From Eledone cirrhosa (taxonomy: Eukaryota), in the NCBI GenBank assembly GCA_964016885.1, contig OZ024742.1, positions 79,732,001 to 79,796,000 of the forward strand: a DNA stretch of 64,000 nt, given 5' to 3'. The notes under the pieces are model-generated. The model had not been told where the DNA came from. It made no database searches and worked only from the letters and a program-made list of their open reading frames with translations. Of the stretch, positions 54,414 to 64,000 are shown piece by piece. The position numbers and the translations under genes were made by a program. Numbering within the stretch: position 1 is the first letter of the stretch; the number at the start of each line of letters is the position of its first letter.

Positions 54414-54762
54414 GTGCAAGAGGAGAGGGAGAAAATTAACCGATACCAGGACTTAAAGTGGGAGGTAAAAAGGATTTGGAACTGCCATGAAGTCAAAGTG
54501 ATCCCGATTGTCATAGGCGCACTAGGGACTATCTCAAAAAGTTTCCAGGGATGGTTAAAGAAAATTGGCCCCTTCACGCTTTTTGGAACGCTTCAAAAGG
54601 CATGCTTGTTGGGAACAGCAAGAACCCTCTGATACGTCCTGAATATCTGAGGCTGCAGGTAGTGGCTTGATATTATTCACAACAAACTTTCCAGTTAACT
54701 AACATCAATGACTGAGACTCAAAGAGTAATAACAATAATAATAATAATAATAATAATAATAA
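54411..54762 (+). mobile_element. R4/Dong-type non-LTR 3' fragment inserted in (TAA)n
   Basis: EKINRYQDLKWEVKRIW..VIPIVIGALGTI..LQKACLLGTARTL (RLE C-terminus); (TAA)n on both sides. Confidence 0.85.
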
Positions 54763-55868
54763 TTTTTATTTGATATGGGGATAACATTTATGTTTTCGGC
54801 CCTGAAACGTAACATTTAACAGAAATCACTGCATATATTCATTGTTTATTATTCTGGTTTCTGCGATTTTTTTCTTAGCTCAAATAGAGTTAGAGTTTGT
54901 TTTTATTAATGTAAGCCACGCAAAATATAAAACAAATGACATACATCAATTTACAATTACAAACAGGGTTTATACATTTTAAAGCAGCGGTTGTACTGTT
55001 TCAGTGCCAAAATATATAGAGCAAAATCAGCAAATTTCAACTACATAGATGTGGAAAGAACCAGTAACAAAAATAAAAAAAACAAAACAAAAAAACCCCA
55101 AACAAAACAAAAACAAAAGTAAAAACAAAAAGCGAAACAAAAACAAAACAACGAAGAGAATTAAAGAAAAAACCTAAACAGAATCCTTCACTTTTCTTTT
55201 TACAGTTCAATAATTTTGTAGAATGAATTCATAAGATGGAAAAAAGAAAGGAAAGGAACATAATAAGTGGAGGCGGTGTGGAATTCTAACAAAAGAAAAA
55301 AAATATTCTAAGTTTAAATATAGACATAAAACAAAGAATCGTTCACGCCACAATTTACTGTGAAAGCAAGCAGAAGGAAACGATTCTAGCCAGATAAATT
55401 TTATTTATATACCAAAACCTTTCTAAAAATACAGTAAACAAGCAACCCTCAACCATGCACCTACCTTTTCAACCTACGTCACTCTAATCACGCTGAGTTC
55501 TTTCTCTTTTATTCTAGGGTCAATAAATACTCTCCAACAATTCTTTCAAGTACTAAACAAGATGGCAATAATTTAATTCTTCTCTACATTTTTACCGCTA
55601 TCTGCTTGCTTGTCTGTCTGTCTGCCAAACAGCCTGCTTACGTGAAAGGCTGATTCCACTCTTATATATTTTAACTATTTAAACAAATATACTTTTTCTT
55701 TCTTTTATTTATTTTTTCTTAAATACTTTTGTTCTAATTGCAGTCTCAGTCTTCAGGCTTCATTCCTGCTCATTAGAGAAATACGAATCGCTTTAGATGT
55801 AATTAACGAAAGCAGTTTCCAGAAATATTCGCTTCAGGATATTAGTTTAGCTTAAGTTATTAAGCCTG

Positions 55869-56945
<1,077 letters not shown>

Positions 56946-57134
56946 CAGAAATAAAGATAACGAGAAGAAAAGTGGGTTGATAGGGCAAAGGCTTTACAGG
57001 TTCAGTTCCTAATTAAAGGTAGGTTTAGCATTAATAATGTTTCGTAACTTAATATTGTGGAAAAAGACGAGATTTCTCTCCTTATAAGTCAATTAAATCG
57101 TTCGTCATTAATGAAATTTAGGTATCATATCATA

Positions 57135-57570
57135 TTGATTTCTGAGATTGGCAGAAAGCCACATTTCCTATGATTGGAAGGAGTTTATTTAATTGACCTA
57201 AGTACAGTATAACGTACTTATCGCTGCTTAAATAATGAAGTGAAATATCGACCGTGTCGAGATTTGAACCCTGAACATAATGCTATGTAACAAAATAACG
57301 TAATATCCTCTTCCATTTTAACGATTCTATCAATTCAACCTCTGGTCTTATATCATGTAATATCGATTTTTAATCTAGACCACCAAATTTTTGGGAAAGA
57401 CAAGTTGTTTAAATAAACCTTTGTACATCATTGGTACCTTGTTTCATCGACTTCGGAATGATAAAAAGCACTGTTTTGATCTTGGTAATGTATGAACTCA
57501 GAATGGAAAGAGTCAGAACAGATTGCATTTTATGTGACACTCTACAAATGTTTCCACTCCACCATCGTTG
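57135..57570 (-). mobile_element. Two very degraded SINE family A copies
   Basis: GAGATTTGAACCCTGAAC and TTTCATCGACTTCGGAATGATAAAAAGCA..TGAACTCAGAA remnants. Confidence 0.5.
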
Positions 57571-58991
57571 TATAGCATATATTATCTATTGCTAATTTAA
57601 ATATACAACATGTAATTTAAATAAATTAAATACGTGTTTATGACAAGTATTTGAACAGTACTGATTTTATTTAGTAGATGAACATAAAATAAGTAATGAA
57701 TTATGATGGAATTTGTAATTCAGAAATAACTTCTTGAGTCATTGAAGTCGATGCATTCACTTTGCCTTTTCAAATGACTAGAATATATACTGCATCGCAT
57801 CATTTGCATAATCATAGACTTCTCTGCTAACTGTAGCACTTGTACTAAACCATTGTGGAATTAATAGTCGATCATCTGCGAAGCCACTGGTGTTTACGAG
57901 GCCGAGGTCATTTAATTAAATTGAATATTGTCGGATGAGCTACTGGTTAATATGAAACCGGTGGGATTTTTATCGAGGCTTACTCCTTCAGATCCGACCT
58001 GTTCTGCTAGACTACCCTGATAAATATATCAGAGACCTCTTATAGGATGTGTCTTTTCACTACACTAGTCTATTTAAAGAGACTAGGTCCTCAGCCTGAA
58101 TGAGCATATAGAGCGTGTCATCAGTTCGGTGAGCGGAATGTTGAATAAACACTGAGGCACGCGAGGAAGTCGCAAATGACAATCCAGTGTCAACGAGTAA
58201 AATCTCCCACAGTTCTGCACACTCTTAAATCAAAAAATATACCGTATAGATTTTACCGGAATATTTCCAGTGATATTAATCCTTTACCGTTTTGATACGA
58301 CACGGCTCTTCATAGATGAAATTCTAATTTCTGACATATGGAATACCATAATTGCTTGTTCACGGATAACGTATTGAAACGGGTTATGCAAATCAGATCA
58401 GCTATTTCATCTAAGTCTTGGTTTGTGTTTGATGCATATAGCTATAATTCATCAATTTTTCCTTGAATAGAGAATTTTGTTTTTCATCGGATGAACTCGC
58501 AAGTAAAAAGAAATGTAACAAGAAAAAATAGAACGGATATGACAGGCCCGATTTTGATATTCATGTCCAATGGTTCACAATTCACAGTGAAGTATATAAT
58601 TCAAACAGTGAAGCAATACCTTTAATAACCTTATTAGATTATTCAACATGCAATGTGTTTCATATAACAAAATACGCCAAGGAACCTGCAAGTAATGCCT
58701 TGTCATTGACACTGGTTTGGTTGTTTTAACTGAGTACCGGTTAGGTTGAAATAACGAATTTTTGTCATGAAATGAGTGTTTTATTCAGTCTTGAATTTTC
58801 AAGTCAGAAAGAAACTAATATGCATGAAACGGCTATGTTTCAGCCGTCGTTGAAATATAGAAGAAATATACTGAATCGTGTAGCAGAGAGGTATACAATC
58901 CTGATGAAGGGGAATGATTCTGCTATATTAGAGCGAAAATTCAAATTGTAATTATGCTTACATATATGTGTGTAAATGTATATATATATAA

Positions 58992-60377
<1,386 letters not shown>

Positions 60378-60406
60378 TATATATATATAAATATATATAT
60401 ATAAAT

Positions 60407-60444
<38 letters not shown>

Positions 60445-60455
60445 GTGTATATATA

Positions 60456-60757
60456 TTTATTAAAATAACAGATTAAAGTTTAAGCAAAGAATCGCTGCTT
60501 TCACCCTTAACGGGATCTTCTGAAACTAACAAAGTCAATCTGTAAACGCTGAACTGGATATTTCAAAAAACGTTGCAACCGGAGGAAGACAGGAAGACGA
60601 TACTTTGGTTCGTGGTAACATTCGCTGGCAAAGAACGGGAAAAAACGAATAATACGTCATTAATAGGAGCGGTGAAAAACAATTACGCGCAAAGACAGAA
60701 CCACGTTTATGGTAGCCCTCTTTGGATTTTAGTCTTCAATTTTATTATTATTACTAT
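60456..60757 (-). mobile_element. (TA)n-flanked ~300-bp element with degenerate hammerhead (60477-60527)
   Basis: Reverse strand AGTTT-CAGAAGA-TCCC/GTTAA/GGGT-GAAA-GCA..TGC-TT-AAACT. Confidence 0.6.
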
Positions 60758-60760
60758 GTG

Positions 60761-60876
<116 letters not shown>

Positions 60877-60891
60877 TGTAAATGTATATGT

Positions 60892-60937
<46 letters not shown>

Positions 60938-61034
60938 GCATATATATATATATATACATATACATATATGCATATATATATATATATACATATATATACG
61001 ACACACACACGCCCGCATACACACACACACATAT

Positions 61035-61084
<50 letters not shown>

Positions 61085-61649
61085 TCAGTTTTAATGGGTG
61101 AACAATTATAGAAATCTACTCGCTTATACATGGCTTTTGAAATAAAACACTTCAATAGTTGACATATTAGTTTGCGAATAAAGTGTTGTTCTAATATTTA
61201 ACATGTAATACATAGCTGTGAAATATTTTAAAATACTTCAGTCAGCAACTTTTCAGTTGTACCAATCTATTATTTTGAATACGGCACTATGAAATATTTT
61301 CAAATATTTTAGTCTTCAAATTTATAGTTTCACCATTTCACTTCATATTCAATTTCTGAACAGTCTCTGAATGTTGTTTTTACTGCGAACATGTCTGGTT
61401 TGTTTATTTATTCGTTATTTATTTAATTATTTATTTATTTAAAGATAAAAGGCTTTGGTTTCTCTGGCCATTGTTGGAGGTAATGCTTTTGTCGACGTGC
61501 GCGGCTGACACACGCTCAAGCTGGGGTTTAGTGACTGCGCCCCCCTCCCCATTTCTTTCACTGCTTGATCCTTATTTCTTTTTTCTCCTTTTCATCTTCT
61601 TTTGTCTTCTTTTTCTGTTCCCTTTAGTAGTGAGTTTTATTTTTATTAG

Positions 61650-61862
61650 ATTGGCAGTATCAGTTGAGAGTCGGACGCCATGCTTTGCAGCATAGAGTTA
61701 CGCCCGTTTACGGTCTGAGTCTCAAATCCCGCCGAGATTAACTTTGCCTTTCATCCTTATGGGGTGGATAAAATAAAGTACCAGTCACGCATTGGATTGA
61801 TTTAATCGACTTTCCCCTCCCCCAAAATTGCTGGCCTCCTTGTGCCTATATAAGAAACCATT
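61650..61862 (+). mobile_element. SINE family A, full length
   Basis: TGGCAGTATCAG head, central motif, GATTTAATCGAC..GCTGGCC..TTGTGCCTATATAAGAAA tail. Confidence 0.88.
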
Positions 61863-62419
61863 AGATACCATTTTCTGAATATTTGGATATTATACAATAA
61901 ATAAAAAAAACAAAAGAAATGAAAAGTTTAAGCCATCGTATATTGCTAATTGATACTTCATTGTTAAATTAGTAGAGGCCTTTAGAATTGGATAAGATAT
62001 TCTTTCCATCTCACTGCGCTTTGCATTCTAATTCCACATATATCAACTTTAACTTTCACCACTTCGAAGATCGGCAAATACAATTCCAGATGTTAGACAC
62101 TGGAGGCATTTTCACTCTTTCTCCGGGTTTTTCTCTAGTCCACCGTGGAAGAGTTGTTTTGCTCTCAGATCAAGTGTGTGATAAGTTATGTTAGGTTAAG
62201 CTGGTCATGGTTTGTTGTATATAAAGATAGCTCAGCTACGGCTTAAATCGGATGTAGAGCAATCAATGGGAGAAAGAAAGGAAGGAAGGAAACACCTTAC
62301 CTATACCGGGTGGGAGTGTTAGTGGTGATATTGGCATATGTTTGATACGTTGAGAAATGAAAGATAAAGCTGATCCGAGATAGTAGTAGTAGTTGTTGTA
62401 TTATTATTATTATTATTAT

Positions 62420-64000
62420 TACAGTTGCATTTATCTTGCTTTATGTTCATACGAGTTATCACAAAGTAACAACCAGTGACCTCAAGAGACAACAAGGTCC
62501 ACCATGTACAAAAAAGAACATACATACACACACATGCATCTTTAGGTGTTTAGACTTGTGATGTACTTATATTGACAGAATCTTCCTTCGTATATGGGCA
62601 GTTCCTATTAGTACAATCTTTTGTATTTCTCCTATACGTGGGTTCCCTGGGATTTGCGATAAGTAAGCATTAAACCCCTTAGGTATCATTCCTAGAGCGC
62701 CTACAACCACTGGTATTGTTTTAGTTCTCAATTTCCACATTTTTTCCAATTTCTATCTCCAGGTCCTTATACTTGCTCAATTTTTCAAATGTTTTTATAT
62801 ATACATTATTGTCTATTAGAACGGACATATCAATTAGCAGGCATACCCTCTTTTTAAAGTCCTTCAGTATTATATCAGGTCTATTTGCATCTATTTTTCG
62901 GTCTGTTTGGATACTAAAGTTCCACAAGATTGAGATGTCATCTTTTTCAAGTATGGGAGGTGGTTGATGCTCCCACCAATTCTTTTGATGGGGCAGGTCA
63001 AAATACTTACACATTATCCAATGTATGTATTGTGCAGCTCTGTCATGCCTGTTTAGGTATTCGGTTGGAGCTATAGGACTGCACATTGAAATTATATGAT
63101 CAATGGTCTCTGGTTGTTTTTTACATACGGCATAATGGGTTGCATCCATTTTTTATTATGTTGGTGATTTTTTGTTGGCAGAGTCTGATCTTGTGCTGAT
63201 ATAGTCAGTCCTTCAGTCTCCGATTTCAGTCTAGAGGATGCCAACCACTGATGGGTTAAAGTTTTGTCAACATCAGGATTGTAAGTTCTTTCTGGGTATT
63301 TTCCATACAGATGCTTTTCTTGCCATTTCTTAGCCAGTTTCTGTAGCAATTCTTTCTTTGCAGTTACTTTTACCTGCTTTGCTTTTTCTGTGTTTTCCAT
63401 TTCAGCAGTAAATGGGACTTCTGAAATTTGTAGTCCATTACTGTATCTTTGTACATCTTTTGTAATGGAGTATGATCTTTTGATGCTTTCATGTGATTCC
63501 CTTAGATATGTAGATAATCCAATTGTTGCAGTTTTCAACGCAATATCTAACTCGATTAACCCACGTCCTCCTTCTTTCATAGGGAGATATATTCTATCTG
63601 TATCTGCCTTAGGGTGATGCATTCTGTGCATGGTTAAGAATTTTCTAATTTTTGTATCGAGCCTACGGGTCTCTGTACTTGACCAGTTGATGACATTGTA
63701 ACTGTAGATTACTACTGGTATGGCAAGCGTGTTTATGGCATCGATCCTATTCCTTGCATTCAATTCCGTTCTTAAGATTGCTCTTACACTGCGGTAACAT
63801 TCCTTCCTTATCCTTTCCCTCATTGTCGAGTGCTTGATTCCGTCTCCTTCACAAACACCTAGATATTTGTAAGTTTCCTCTTGATCAAGTTCTCTTATCA
63901 CATTCCTCCGCTCAAGATTAATGTCTGAACTTTTCAGCAGCTTTCCTCTGGTGAACGTTTCTTTGGCGCATTTATCTAGTACAAACTCCATTTTAATGTC
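62420..64000 (-). mobile_element. R4/Dong-type non-LTR retrotransposon, 3' part (RT end, CCHC, RLE), frameshifted, runs off the window
   Basis: YKYLG, RMHHPKADTDRIYL..GGRGL, ETEG..AQDQ, C..C...ETIDHIIS.C, ANRPDI..LIDMS, KYKDL, VVGALG; 3' end followed by (AAT)n. Confidence 0.92.

Overview
AT-rich, microsatellite-saturated animal DNA with no convincing host gene. The SINE types and repeat landscape suggest an octopus or other cephalopod (inference). Almost all listed ORFs are simple-repeat artefacts. The real coding remnants are mobile elements: two Penelope-like retroelements of Naiad type (RT, CxCx5Cx5C linker and GIY-YIG endonuclease), each arranged as a large inverted repeat (34506-39808, 41441-43905); a near full-length Ingi/Vingi-like LINE; RTE, L1/Tx1, R4/Dong and CR1-like LINE fragments; Helitron remnants; mariner-type MITEs; and many tRNA-derived SINEs. 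The main unexplained signal is a dense set of non-coding, (TA)n-embedded fold-back or tandem mini-elements. Many carry type I hammerhead ribozyme motifs (about a dozen complete or degenerate motifs from several unrelated families). They include a retrozyme-like ~430-bp tandem unit, hammerheads with ~100-nt stem II insertions, and a young 3.8-kb element whose ribozyme-bearing inverted arms enclose mostly microsatellite. A GC-rich multibranch RNA-like domain also lies in the Naiad 3' region. All structures were paired by eye; none has been computed or tested.
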